Source of the DNA: an uncultured Chloroflexia bacterium
GTDB taxonomy: Bacteria > Chloroflexota > Anaerolineae > JAAYZQ01
DNA length: 64,000 bases
Direction of reading: 5' to 3'
NCBI GenBank assembly: GCA_963749455.1
Contig: CAVVMX010000021.1
Span: forward strand, 393,354 to 457,353
Positions 1 to 13,440 of this stretch are shown one piece after another; the first letter of the stretch is position 1, and the number at the start of each line of letters is the position of its first letter. A model generated the notes under the pieces. That model saw nothing but the letters and a program-made list of their open reading frames with translations, ran no database searches and was not told the origin of the DNA. The translations under genes were made by a program, and so were the position numbers.

Positions 1-1
1 C

Positions 2-127
2 GTCGAAGCGTCGGCGTCGAGCTCACGGGTGAAGGTGCTGATCGTGCCCACCAACGAAGAGCTGGCCATTGCCCGCGACACCTACGACATCGTGAAAAAG
101 AGCCTGAGCGCAGATCAGCACAGATAA
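2..127 (+). CDS. ackA: acetate kinase, C-terminal fragment (gene begins upstream of window)
   Basis: Frame-2 translation ...RVKVLIVPTNEELAIARDTYDIVKKSLSADQHR* matches the conserved C-terminus of acetate/propionate kinases (VIPTNEE motif). Stop TAA at 125-127. Confidence 0.55.
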   Translation, partial: VEASASSSRVKVLIVPTNEELAIARDTYDIVKKSLSADQHR

Positions 128-183
128 GCGCAGACAAGATCATATCTGCGGAATCTGCGCTAATCTGCGTCCCAGTCAAGTCC

Positions 184-1357
184 CTACCGGGGTGTGACGC
201 GGGCGTTGATCTGGATCCCCCGCTTGGCCAGCTCCTGCACGAACAGGTCAGGCGGCACCGCCAGCTCGACTGGCACAGCGCCCCGACGTCGTCTGGCCGC
301 GGGCCATCATCCCGGCGACGATAGCCCCATCCCAACCGGTGGTCCGCTCCATCGCGGTGAAACCGGTCTCCTCGTCAAAGAAGTCCATGAGATCGAGGAC
401 CACCTCCGTTGGCCTGCCGCTCCTTGCGTCCCGTGGCCCGGATACGGATGACCACCACGTCCTTGTCGCCGGGAAAGGTGACCATTGGCTCAAACAGAGC
501 GTGGAACAGGTCACGAGGCACTACCTCGCCCCCTGTCGACCGGCACCGGGTCGGTACGCCACAGCCCCAGGTCGTAAAAGGCCCGCAGCTGAGCAAACTG
601 GCCGGGATAGCGGACTGTTTTGTTCTGGTAGGTCTTCAGCTTGCCCTCAAAGGTCCACGGCGCGGTCGACACGCCGCCCCCGGTGGTGAACGCCTCAAGC
701 CGGCCCACCGGCGGCGGAAACTCGATCTCCTCCAGCTCATCCATCGTCGGCACCAGCGTTGGCTTGCCGTCGCGCAGAAAGATGGGTGATTCCTCGTATT
801 CGTTGGTCAGCCCGGCGATGTTGAAGGTCAGCAGGTAGTTGAACGGCGGGCGCGGGTTCTGCGGCAGACCGCCGTCCCACATGAACACCTCTTCCGGCTC
901 GTCCAGCAGGCTCATGGCATACACCATCAGCGTCGTGCCCATGCCCGGCACCTGGCCGCAGTCAGGGATTATGCTGATTCCGGCTGCCTGAGCCGCCGGG
1001 TCGAGCGCCAACTGCTCGCGGACGAGATCGGTGTTCCCGCCCAAGGTCGCACATGCTGGCTCGGGCCTGGACGGCCGCTCGGGCGATGCCCAGGTTATGG
1101 TAATAGGGCACGGCACTCAGAAAGGCGTCGATGCCGGTCAGGGCGGCGACCACGGCGTTGTGATCGGTCACGTCGAGCTCGGCCGGATGTGCCTTGTCGC
1201 TGTTCAGCAGGCGGTTGACCCGCTGTGCCGCCGCCTGGGCGGCTGCCAGCGACTGATCGGCCAGCAGGACGCTGTCCGCCTCGCCGAGCTTGATCATGTC
1301 GTAGGCACAGGCCGTGCCCTGGCGGCCCGCGCCGAGTACTGCGTATCGATATCCCAT
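184..1357 (-). CDS. saccharopine dehydrogenase-like NAD(P) oxidoreductase, interrupted by at least 3 frameshifts
   Basis: N-terminus MGYRYAVLGAGRQGTACAYDM (Rossmann GxGxxG). Middle IPDCGQVPGMGTTLMVYAM. C-terminal domain ...TAMERTTGWDGAIVAGMMARGQ then VPPDLFVQELAKRGIQINARVTPR* in a third frame. ORFs 962..1396, 511..1116 and 248..514 are colinear pieces in different frames. Confidence 0.5.
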
Positions 1358-1424
1358 TTTGCCCCCCTGCCAAGAGCAGACTTCCGGGGCGGCCATTCGC
1401 CGCCCCGGAAGCCTGGGTTCTCAT

Positions 1425-2073
1425 CTACATCCCCATCAGCCGTTTGGCCACGATCACCGCACCGGCTGCATCTTCGGCATAAGCCATCGGCGCCGATCTG
1501 GTCGGCCCACGCCTGGGTGACGGGCGACCCGCCGACCATCACCTTCACCCTGTCGCGCAGACCGGCCTCGACCAGGTGCTCGATCACGTCACGTTGGTGG
1601 AGCATCGTGGTCGTCAGTAGGGCAGACAGGGCGACAATGTCGGCGTTGTGCTCGCGCGCCTTTACCACAAACTCGTCAGCCTGGATGTCGATCCCCAGGT
1701 CATAGACCTGAAAGCCGTTGGCCGACAGCATCGAGCCGACCAGGGCTTTGCCGATTTCATGGATGTCGCCCGTGACAGTGCCCAGCACGATGGTGCCAAG
1801 CACCTTGCGCTGCCGGCCTCCGGCCTTGAGCGCCGGCTCCAGAACGGCCAGGGCAGCCTTCATCGACTCGCCGCCCAGGATCAGATCGGGCAAAAAGTAC
1901 TCGCCGCTGGAATAGAGCTCACCCACCATATCCATCCCGGCAGTGTATCCCTTGTTGATCGCCTCCAGCGGGTCAATGCCCGCATCGAGCGCCTTCTGGG
2001 CCAGCATCTGGGCTTGGTCAGGGTCGCCGTCGATCACCGCCTGGGCCATTTGCTTGAACAGTTCTTCTGACAT
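1425..2073 (-). CDS. B12-binding corrinoid protein, cognate partner of an MttB-family methyltransferase (MtgC/MttC-like); one frameshift near 1480
   Basis: N-terminal helical cap domain (MSEELFKQMAQAVIDGD...). DxHxxG cobalamin-binding motif (TVTGDIHEIGK). Rossmann-like B12 domain. True C-terminus ...IGADAYAEDAAGAVIVAKRLMGM* is recovered after removing one G in a GG run. Confidence 0.7.
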
Positions 2074-2110
2074 TTCGGGTCTCCTTTGAGTCTCTTCACT
2101 CAGTTGTGGG

Positions 2111-3594
2111 CTACACCGGTCGGACGGTGAGCTTGGGCAGTTCGTTCAGCCCGGCTGCCTTGGCATGCCTGACGGCAATGGCCTTCAGGGCGCGCACCAC
2201 ATCGTCGGGGATCTCTGGCAGCTCATAGGCCGCGATCAGCTCCTGAACCTTGCGGTGGGCACGGGCGTTGGTGTCCAGTGCGCCCTTGTCGAACCAGTTC
2301 TGGCGAAAGTCCCGGTCGATCACCTCCGTCGGGATATAGTCCTCCTGGCGGAAGTGGCGGCGGGTGTGCTTGTTCTTCAAAAAGTTGCCCTCGTGGCCCA
2401 CCTGGCGCATCACCTCCAGCGCCAGCGGCGTCTTCCGAGTCGTCCACGCCGCGCACCAGGCGCTTGGCCATGCCGACGATCTCGGCGTCGATCGCCAGCT
2501 TTTCCAGGCTGAAGCAGCTCTCAAAGTCCATCATGCCGGGACCGGACATCATGTTGACCCCCGCCAGCGCACCGAGGATGGCGCCCGAAGCGGTCTCCAG
2601 TCCGGTCTGGGCATCGACGATCTTGGTGTCGCTCATGCCCAGGTAGGCGTGAGTCGGCAGTCCGCCTGGCTTGATCGCCTTGCCGATCTGGGTGTAGGTG
2701 CAGTCGAGCATCATCGTCGCCATGGCGCCCATGGGAGTTGTGCCGGTGCGCATGTCAAACGACGCCGGCGACCCGCCCCACACGATCGGGCTGCCTGCCT
2801 TGGCCAGTTGGTGGATGGTCAGGCCGCTCAGGCACTCGGCGGCGTGCTGCACCGCCGAGCCGATCACCGTGGCCGGCCCGGTAGCGCCCATGAGCGGCAT
2901 CGACACCAGCTCGGCGGGCACGCCCGTCCGCGCCGCGTCGATCAGGTTGGCGCAGGTGATGTCGCTCCACAGCAGGGGCGGCGACGGGCAGACGTCAAAG
3001 ACGGCCCGCGGCTTGGCTGCCAACGCCGCCGCGCTCCCGGCCGAGGCTACCAGCAGCTCGTGCATAATCGGGAAGCTCTCGATGGCAAAGGTCCCGGTGA
3101 CGATCGGCTTACGGCCGTAGAGCAGAAGCAGGTACAGCCGGTACCAGTCGGCCATGCCTCTGTGGCACGTCGCCGCATACGATCGATGTGGCCAGGGCGT
3201 CGATCTGGGGCAGCATTTCAGCCAATCGGACGAAATTCTCGCAGTCGGCGGTCACCGGTGTTCGGGACTGGTTGGCGCCATAGTCGGCGATCTCGATGGC
3301 CGCCGATCCGGGGTCATAGTGGATGTCGTCGCCCCCATAGTGCACGGCCGGTTCACCCTCCAGGCTGTACAGGAAGAACGAGCCAGGTGCAGTGTCCACT
3401 GCCTTTTCGGCCAGGGAGCGCGGGATCTTGGCTACGCGTGTCGCCATGTCGACCGTGGCGCCCGCGTCGGCCAGCAGCTGCAGCGCCTCATCGTAATGGA
3501 CGCGCACGCCGGGATCCCATAGTAGCTCATACGCTTCGTCGATGACGCGTTGTACCGTCTCGCGCGACAAAAATTCCAGCTTGGGTCGGATCAT
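2111..3594 (-). CDS. MttB-superfamily (trimethylamine methyltransferase-like, non-pyrrolysine) quaternary-amine:corrinoid methyltransferase; 2 frameshifts
   Basis: Three colinear ORFs (3109..3594, 2223..3155, 2111..2524) together give a ~490 aa protein with MttB-family blocks (PVTADCENFVRLAEML..., GMSDTKIVDAQTGLE, MMSGPGMMDFE, C-terminal NELPKLTV). The pieces lie in three different frames, so the breaks are frameshifts and not an in-frame amber/Pyl codon. GAGGAGG RBS upstream of ATG 3594. Confidence 0.7.
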
Positions 3595-3804
3595 CTTTCC
3601 TCCTCAGTTGTTCAGCAGTCAGGTCGCTGCTGTGAGCTATTGAATTATAGGTTCGTAACAGACGAAAAAAGGCGTGGACAACGGACCGCTGTCAGCGGGT
3701 AGAGAGGCGTCAAAGTCCGGCTTCAAGAAGCGGGCTCAAGATCCACATCGGCTTGATCTCCCCTTACGCACGATACTATACCACCGAACTGGCAAACAGG
3801 CAAA

Positions 3805-3833
3805 TGGACAAATAGGCAAATGAATGCTATAAT
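3805..3833 (+). promoter_or_regulatory. sigma70-like promoter of the amidohydrolase operon (-35 TGGACA, 17 bp, extended -10 TGcTATAAT)
   Basis: TGGACA 3805-3810 and TATAAT 3828-3833 with TG at 3825-3826, about 30 bp upstream of ATG 3863. Overlaps GGCAAA tandem repeats. Confidence 0.4.
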
Positions 3834-3862
3834 GACCGCGCATCGCACTCGGAGAGATTGCC

Positions 3863-5051
3863 ATGCTACAACAAGCTCAAACGCTGAGCAACATACTGAT
3901 TGCCCTGCGCCGCGAGGTTCACCGCCATCCCGAGCTGGCTTTTCAGGAACACCGCACGGCTCAGCTGGTCGCCCGCCGGCTGGCCGAGCTGGGGATCGCC
4001 AGCCATACCGGTGTGGCCAAGACAGGAGTAGTGGCCGATCTGGTGCCGGCCGGAGTCTCTGGTCCTACCATCGCCCTGCGGGCCGATATGGATGCCTTGC
4101 CGATCCAGGAGGAGAACGAGGTCTCCTATGCCTCGCAGGTTCCTGGCGTGATGCACGCCTGCGGCCACGATGTCCACGTCGCGTGCCTGTTGGGTGCGGC
4201 CCAGCTCCTGGCCGAGCAAGCCGCTGCTGGGCGGCTGCCGGGGCGCGTCCGCTTCCTCTTCCAGCCGTCGGAGGAGGACTGGGACGACGAGGGGTTCAGC
4301 GGCGCAATGCGCATGGTGAACGAGGGCGCGATGGACGGCGTCGATGCCGTGGCCGGCCTCCATGTGTGGACCGACCTTCCGGTGGGCGTCCATTTCCACC
4401 CGCGTTGGCCCGATGAGCGCTCGTCCCGACAAGTTCAGTCTTGTGGTCAGGGGTCAGGAAGCCCACGGAGCCTTTCCCCATCGCGGCGTGGACGCCATTG
4501 TTCTGGCCGCACAGGTCATCAATGCCCTGCAGACGGTGGTGTCGCGCCGGCTCGATCCGACCCGCGGCAAGGTGCTGACCGTCGCAACCATCCAGGGTGG
4601 GACGAAGGAGAACATCCTGGCCGGTGAGGTGCGAATGACCGGGACGCTGCGCACCTTCGAGTCCGAGACCCGTGACCGTCTGATCGCCGAGATGGAGCGG
4701 GCCTGTGGGGTGGCACGGGCGTTGGGCGGTGACTTTGAGCTGACCGTCGTCCCGGGCTACGACCCGGTGATCAACGACCCGACCATGACCGAGCTTGTAC
4801 GCCGGGTCGGAGCCGATCTGCTGGGCGAGCAGGGCGTGCGCGAGGGAGCCTTGGAGATGGGCGGCGAGGATTTCAGCTATTTCGCTCAAAAGGCGCCCGG
4901 CTGCTTCTTCTGGCTCGGCGGCGCCATCCCTGGCGAGCCGCAGCGGCTGCACCATCACCCCCGTTTCGACGTCGACGAGCGCTGCTTGCCGCTCGGGGCG
5001 GCGTTGCTGGCCGAGATCGCGATGCGCTATCTGGGGGAGCACAACCGATGA
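3863..5051 (+). CDS. M20D-family amidohydrolase (N-acyl-amino-acid/hippurate hydrolase-like); one frameshift near 4400
   Basis: MHACGHDVH metal-binding motif, FLFQPSEE, and M20 dimerisation domain ([20 protein letters not shown]..., [12 protein letters not shown]). ORFs 3863..4627 and 4344..5051 are colinear. Confidence 0.7.
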
Positions 5052-6010
5052 CTGAGCCAGGTGAAACCGGTTCCATGCGGATCACTACCCTGGAGGAGAT
5101 GGTGGCGGTCGCGCGACAGGTTGGCCCGGTGCGGATCGCCGTGGCGGCGGCCCACGACCCCGAAGTGCTCAAGGCGGTGGATCAGGCCCAGCACGAGGGC
5201 ATCGTTGACGCCACCTTGATCGGCGATTGGGGAGCCATCGAAGCCTATGCTGCCCAGATCGAGGTCGATCTGGACGGGATTGCGGTCATCCACGAGCCGG
5301 ATCCTCGCCTGGCGGCACGGCAGGCGGTGGCTCTGGCCCGCCAGGGTCAATCCGACGTCGTGGTCAAGGGCCAGATCAAGACCTCCGACCTGTTGGGCAT
5401 TGCCTTGAACCGTGAGGTGGGCATCCGTGGACGGCGCCTGCTGTCCCATGTGGCTCTGTTTGACCTGCCGGGCGTTGACCGGCTCATCTACCTCAGTGAT
5501 TCAGGGGTGGTCGTCTATCCCGACGTGTACCAGAAGCTGGAAATCATCAACAACATGGTCGAGGTGGCCCACCTGTTCGGTCTGGAAACGCCGCGCGTTG
5601 CCATTCTGGCTGCGAGCGACACGGTTCACCCCAAGATCCCGGCCAGTATCGACGCTCTGGCGTTGGCCAAGATGGCCGAGCAGGGCTGGGTCCAGGGTGC
5701 CATCGTCGATGGTCCACTTGGGCTTGAAGTCGCCATCTCCCCGCGTGCCGCCCACCTGGAAGAATCGCGCTCACCAATCGCTGGCCTGGCCGACATCCTC
5801 ATCGTTTCCAACGTAGAGGCAGGCAACATCGTGGCCAAGGGCCTGCTCTACTTTGCCGGTGCCCGCATGGCCGGCCTTGTCGTCGGAGCAAAGGTGCCGA
5901 TCGTCATCAGCTCGCGGGCCGACACGGCTGACACCCGTTACCTATCCCTGGCCATGGCCGCCCTGCTGATGGCCCTGACCCGCAAGTCACAGACGTCGAG
6001 TGAGACCTAA
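5048..6010 (+). CDS. phosphate acetyl/butyryl-transferase family protein (PTA_PTB)
   Basis: 320 aa with PTA_PTB hallmarks (VVKGQIKTSDLLG, SDSGVVVYPD, ILIVSNVEAGNIVAKGL). ATGA start/stop overlap with the amidohydrolase gene. Confidence 0.65.
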   Translation: MTEPGETGSMRITTLEEMVAVARQVGPVRIAVAAAHDPEVLKAVDQAQHEGIVDATLIGDWGAIEAYAAQIEVDLDGIAVIHEPDPRLAARQAVALARQGQSDVVVKGQIKTSDLLGIALNREVGIRGRRLLSHVALFDLPGVDRLIYLSDSGVVVYPDVYQKLEIINNMVEVAHLFGLETPRVAILAASDTVHPKIPASIDALALAKMAEQGWVQGAIVDGPLGLEVAISPRAAHLEESRSPIAGLADILIVSNVEAGNIVAKGLLYFAGARMAGLVVGAKVPIVISSRADTADTRYLSLAMAALLMALTRKSQTSSET

Positions 6011-6192
6011 CCTGGTCCAGGGAGGTTGCATATTCGCCGGACACCACGATAGAAAAGAACGCCCTCTAATCACCTTTGTATCCTTCGTGTCCCGTAGGTC
6101 CCCGACTCGAAGGCCGTCGTTCAGTACGGCGACAGGCGCCGTGGGAGCAGGGTTTGTGGTGAGTCTGTCCTCAGAGGAGAAAGGAGGAACCT

Positions 6193-7168
6193 TTGAACGT
6201 CATCGAATCCGGGATCGGCGAGCTGATCCAGCCGCCGGACATGAATGCCTTCCGTGAGTGGAACCGCACTCAGAAAACGCGCAAGCTGGTGGACAAGCTG
6301 ATGACCGAACGCGAGGCGGTCAGCCGCTTTGTCTACGATGGCTGCTACATCGGCACCGAGCTGTACGGTACGGTCCGCTGTCCAATGACCCTGGTACGCG
6401 AGGTGCTGCGGCAGGGGATCAAGGATCTGCGCGTCGCCGGTCAGGGGGTCACCGAGCTGGATCTGTGGTTGGCGGCGGGTATCGTCAAGGCGCTGGACAT
6501 CACCTACATCGGTCTGGAGGTATATGGCACCTCGAGCGCCCTGCGGCGCGCCGTGGAAAGCGGCCAGGTGGAAAAGGTGGTAGAGTGGAGTAACGCCGGC
6601 ATCTCCTGGCGCTTCAAGGCGGCGGCCATGGGTGTGCCCTTTCTGCCTGTACGCTCCATGCTTGGGACCGACACGCTCAAGTACAGTGCGGCTAAGGTGG
6701 TCGAGTGCCCCTTCACCGGCGAAAAGCTGGCCCTGCTGCCGGCTCTCATCCTTGACGTGGGCCTCATGCATGTCCACCGAGCCGACCGCTGCGGCAACTG
6801 CCAGGTTGAGGGCATCACCGGCTTTGGCATCGAGTTTGCCCGCGCCTGCAAGCGGTTGATAATCAGCGCTGAAGAGATCGTGCCCACCGAGCGAGATTCG
6901 CCGCTATCCGGATCGAACCACTGTGCCCTACTACCTGGTCGACGCCGTCGTCCATGCCCCATTTGGCTCACATCCCGGCGAGATGGTCTACTCCTACTGC
7001 CGGGACGAGCCCGAGATCAAGGCCTGGGTTGAGGCGTCCAAGACCCACGACACGTCGATGGCCTACTTGGCAGAATGGATCTACGATCTGCCCGACCACC
7101 AGGCTTATCTGGACAAGGTCGGGCAGGAGCGGCTGGCCCGCCTGGTCGATGGGAGGGAGCGACGATAA
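6193..7168 (+). CDS. CoA-transferase family I, subunit A (glutaconate CoA-transferase GctA-like); one frameshift near 6900
   Basis: TTG start after AAGGAGG RBS. GctA-like blocks (DGCYIGTELYG, ITYIGLEVYG, HRADRCGNCQVEGITG). C-terminal part in ORF 6923..7168. Confidence 0.6.
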
Positions 7169-7938
7169 TGAGCGAGCTGAGTTACAATCCAGCAGAGCTA
7201 TTGATCTGCACTGCCTCGCGGCTGATGGAGGACGGCACTACGGCCTTCATCGGCACCGGTATCCCCATGTTAGCTGCGGCGTTGGCCCAGCGGCGCCAGG
7301 CACCCAACCTGGTGCCGGTGTTTGAGTTCGGCGGCACGGGTGCCATCCTGGAGGACCTGCCGTTGGCCGTGGGTGAAGCCCGCACCTTTCATAAGGGCGT
7401 GTCCGCCTCGGGCATTACCGATGTCATGGAGACGGCACAGCGGGGCTTTATCGACTATGGCTTTCTTGGCGGCGCTCAGGTCGACCCCTACGGCAACCTG
7501 AACAGTACTATTATCGGTCCGCAGCATCACCCGCCCAAGGTGCGCCTGCCGGGCAGCGGCGGCGCCAACGACGTCGGCTCATTCTGTTGGCGGACGATCA
7601 TCATCATCCGTCACAGCAAGCGCAGCTTTGTACCCAAGGTCGATTTCCTCACCACTCCAGGCTATCTGACCGGCCCGGGGGCGCGCGAGGCGGCGGGCCT
7701 GCCGCCCGGCACCGGCCCACTGTATGTGGTCAGCAACCTGGCGTTGCTAGGCTTTGACGACGGGACGAAGCGCATGAAGCTGCTGTCCACCCAGCCGGGT
7801 GTGACCGTCGACCAGGTGGCAGCCGAGACCAGTTTTGAGCTGGTCATCCCGGACGACGTGGGTACTAATGCTCCACCTTCGGACGAAGAGCTGCGCATCC
7901 TGCGGGACGAAGTGGACCGCAACCGCTTCTATATCTAG
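7165..7938 (+). CDS. CoA-transferase family I, subunit B (GctB-like)
   Basis: MSELSYNPAELLICTASRLMEDGTTAFIGTGIP...; SGGANDVGSF; 4-nt overlap with subunit A. Confidence 0.65.
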   Translation: MMSELSYNPAELLICTASRLMEDGTTAFIGTGIPMLAAALAQRRQAPNLVPVFEFGGTGAILEDLPLAVGEARTFHKGVSASGITDVMETAQRGFIDYGFLGGAQVDPYGNLNSTIIGPQHHPPKVRLPGSGGANDVGSFCWRTIIIIRHSKRSFVPKVDFLTTPGYLTGPGAREAAGLPPGTGPLYVVSNLALLGFDDGTKRMKLLSTQPGVTVDQVAAETSFELVIPDDVGTNAPPSDEELRILRDEVDRNRFYI

Positions 7939-8069
7939 CCCCTGACCCAGCCGACTTGCGCGGCGGGAGACGACGGCGCCGACTTGACTACTGCCTGCCG
8001 TCGCCGGCAGAGGCGAGCTCGCCTGCCGTCCCTGTGGCACTGCCGGGGACTGCGTCCGGCAGCTCCACC

Positions 8070-9380
8070 TCAACGCGGCGGATAGGACGAATGAAGGCGG
8101 CGAGGAGGGGAGCGAGGGCCACGACGAGTCCGGTGAGAACCAGGATTAGGCCGATGCCCCGGCCAGAGCCGACCCCCAGGATGCATCCGACAGCTGCCGG
8201 CTAGCGCACCTCCCTCGGCCATGAGCGGCTCGGCGATGCGATCGGCGAGTGGTCCGGCCAGCAGATAGGCCAGAGGGGTGATGGCACTGCCGATCATCAT
8301 TCGGGCGGCAAAGACACGGCCCTGCACGTCGGGAGCGACCTTGGCAAGCCAGATTGCCTGGCTGGCGGCGTTGGCAATGGGCACGAGGGCAAAGAAGAAG
8401 AGGTTGCCGGCGCCCATGAGCAGGACATCGGGCCGCAGGCCAACGGCGCCCATGCCCAAGCCCGAAAGGGAGATGGCACCGAGCACAGTGTAAATCTTGC
8501 GCGAAGTGCCACCCCACGCGCTCATGACCAAGCTGCCGGCGAGCATGGCTAGCCCACTGATCGACAGGAGGCTGCCGAGCGCCTCGGCACCAAAGCGCGA
8601 CAGGACCAGGGGCGTGAAGAGGGCGCTGTAAAAGCCCAGCGCGAAATTGACGATGGCAAACAGGATGAGCATGCCCAACAGCCCTCGGCGGGCGCGCAGA
8701 TAGCTCCAACCAAAGGCTGCCTGGTGCAGCACCGAGCCACGGCCGTCGGCGCCGCCGGACTTGGCCGGGCGGGGAATGCGCACGACCAGCAGCGCCGACA
8801 CGGCAAAGAGAAAGGTGGCGAAATCGACCAGGAACACGCCCTGGATGTCGATCACGGCGATCAAAAAGCCGGCGGCCAGGGGCGCCACGATGATGGAGGC
8901 CGACTCGGCGAGCTGCATCAGCCCGCCTATACGACCGAACTGGTTCTTGGGCACGAGCAGCGAGGGGACGGCCATGTAGGCGGGCCGCTGAAAGGCGCCC
9001 AGCGCCGAGGCGAGGGCATTGCCGACGTACACGTGCCACACCTCCAGACGCCCGGCGGCCAGCAACGCCCACAAGGTCAGCGTGACCAAGGCCGCGCCGG
9101 TGTCGCTCAGGACCAGCACCCGCCGCCGGTCCCAGCGATCGACCAGGGCGCCGGCGAACGGCAGCAGCACCAGGTTGGGCAGGCTGGCGGCCACCAACGA
9201 CAGCGCGAGCTGCGTGGCCGCTCCGGTGCGGTTATAGATATAGACGCCCAGGGCAAAGCTGGTAAGGCCGGAGCCGATCAGCGAGATGAGCTGGCCAAAC
9301 CAGATGATCAGAAAAGTGTGGGTGCCGGAGCGCTCGCGCCGCTGCCCGTGCCTATCCGGCACCGATGGGTAAGCTGCCAT
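8070..9380 (-). CDS. MFS transporter (EntS/macrolide-efflux-like), C-terminus frameshifted
   Basis: 12-TM hydrophobic profile. MFS signature LVDRWDRRRVLVLSD. Last ~60 aa read as low-complexity Pro/Arg-rich text typical of a frame error. Confidence 0.55.
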   Translation of the reverse strand: MAAYPSVPDRHGQRRERSGTHTFLIIWFGQLISLIGSGLTSFALGVYIYNRTGAATQLALSLVAASLPNLVLLPFAGALVDRWDRRRVLVLSDTGAALVTLTLWALLAAGRLEVWHVYVGNALASALGAFQRPAYMAVPSLLVPKNQFGRIGGLMQLAESASIIVAPLAAGFLIAVIDIQGVFLVDFATFLFAVSALLVVRIPRPAKSGGADGRGSVLHQAAFGWSYLRARRGLLGMLILFAIVNFALGFYSALFTPLVLSRFGAEALGSLLSISGLAMLAGSLVMSAWGGTSRKIYTVLGAISLSGLGMGAVGLRPDVLLMGAGNLFFFALVPIANAASQAIWLAKVAPDVQGRVFAARMMIGSAITPLAYLLAGPLADRIAEPLMAEGGALAGSCRMHPGGRLWPGHRPNPGSHRTRRGPRSPPRRLHSSYPPR

Positions 9381-9697
9381 ATAACGGTCCTCCTGTCCGT
9401 CAGGGGGGTATTATACTCGAGAGAGTGGAGGATTGGCTAGCCGGGAACCGATTGTGGCTGAATTTCAGCAGCGGGTAGAGCAGTCGCACCGACCACGATG
9501 ACCTCCGTCAAGAGCTCGACCACAGCTGGCGCATCACCACGGCCGGCCGACAAAAGGCGGCTCTCCCCTCCTTACCCGCGATCCAAGAAACTCAGCGTGA
9601 CCGCCAGGCGTTCAGAACGGCGGACAAGACAGCAACGCCTGCATCGGCCACCCCAGGATTTGCAGCCCTTCCATTCTATGGTACAATGTGGGCCGCA

Positions 9698-9713
9698 CTA
9701 GAACATAGTTTCT
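9698..9713. promoter_or_regulatory. putative LexA (Cheo-type GAAC-N4-GTTC-like) operator upstream of uvrA
   Basis: TAGAACATAGTTTCTA is semi-palindromic, one mismatch from GAAC-N4-GTTC. It sits just downstream of the extended -10 TGGTACAAT (9679-9687) and 44 bp upstream of the uvrA start. Confidence 0.3.
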
Positions 9714-9756
9714 ATTGCTGCATGGCGCTTGTTCTACGCACTCACAAGGAGAGGGT

Positions 9757-12657
<2,901 letters not shown>

Positions 12658-12733
12658 TCCAAAATCAAGGATCCAGAACCCCACTATGGAACAGTCTGTT
12701 TTCAATAAAACCAAGAGTGAAAGGAGAAGTACG

Positions 12734-13087
12734 ATGGACAAGATCATTGCCTACTGCGGCCTGACCTGCACCGAGTGCGAGGCCTACCTCGCCACGCAGG
12801 CCAATGACCACGCCGCATTGGAGCGGGTGGCCACCAAGTGGCGCGAGGAGTACAACGCGCCGAACGTCACCGTCGAGTCTGTCATCTGCGACGGTTGCCT
12901 GGCAAGCGATGGCCGGCTGTGCGGCCACTGCCTGGAGTGCGAGATCCGGGCCTGCGGCGTGGCGCGCGGGGTCGCCAACTGCGCCTACTGCGACGACTAT
13001 GGCTGCGCCAAGCTGGAGGGCTTTTTCGGCTTTGTCCCCACAGCCCGCGCCACTTTGGATGCTATCCGCCAGGGCCTGGTGCGCTGA
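12734..13087 (+). CDS. DUF3795-family Cys-rich zinc-ribbon protein
   Basis: AAGGAGAAG RBS 5 nt upstream of ATG 12734. MDKIIAYCGLTCTECEAY... with four CxxC pairs. Confidence 0.5.
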   Translation: MDKIIAYCGLTCTECEAYLATQANDHAALERVATKWREEYNAPNVTVESVICDGCLASDGRLCGHCLECEIRACGVARGVANCAYCDDYGCAKLEGFFGFVPTARATLDAIRQGLVR

Positions 13088-13440
13088 CCGCAGGTCGCGC
13101 GCCAGGCCGGATTCCGTTCCCACCAGAAGGCCTGCCTGCTAGCCAGCAGGCAGGCCTTCTGGTCCATCAGCGCCAGCCAGGCATCAGCCCTTGAGCCCAA
13201 CGCCGGCGCTCCTGCCAGCAGAGACAAACTGCGTCAAGGTGAATGTGCGGATCTCGGCCGGTACGCGCTTGCCTGCGTGCATTGGGGCAAGTTCTGGGCC
13301 CTGTAGGCCGCTGTGCTTTGCATTTCGCCTCGCATGGTGGTACAATCGATCCGCTGGTGACGAACCAGGATAACGCACATTTGCCTGTTTGCTCATTTGC
13401 GCGTTTGCACATTCGTCGATTCTCACGGGAGGGAGCAGGA

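Noticed and set aside
2364-3545. Long ORFs on the strand opposite to or overlapping confirmed genes (e.g. 2364..3545 +, 8146..9072 -, 8724..9440 +, 9742..10689 -, 15199..16038 -, 18545..19555 -, 56918..58375 -)
   Set aside because: High-GC DNA lacks stops in antisense frames. The translations are Arg/Pro/Gly-rich low-complexity text with no RBS. Each overlaps a gene with clear homology on the other strand or frame.
2111-3594. Possible in-frame amber (pyrrolysine) codon in the MttB-family gene
   Set aside because: The three ORF pieces lie in three different frames (ends 2524, 3155, 3594 are mod-3 distinct). The interruptions are frameshifts, not UAG read-through, consistent with a non-Pyl MttB homolog.
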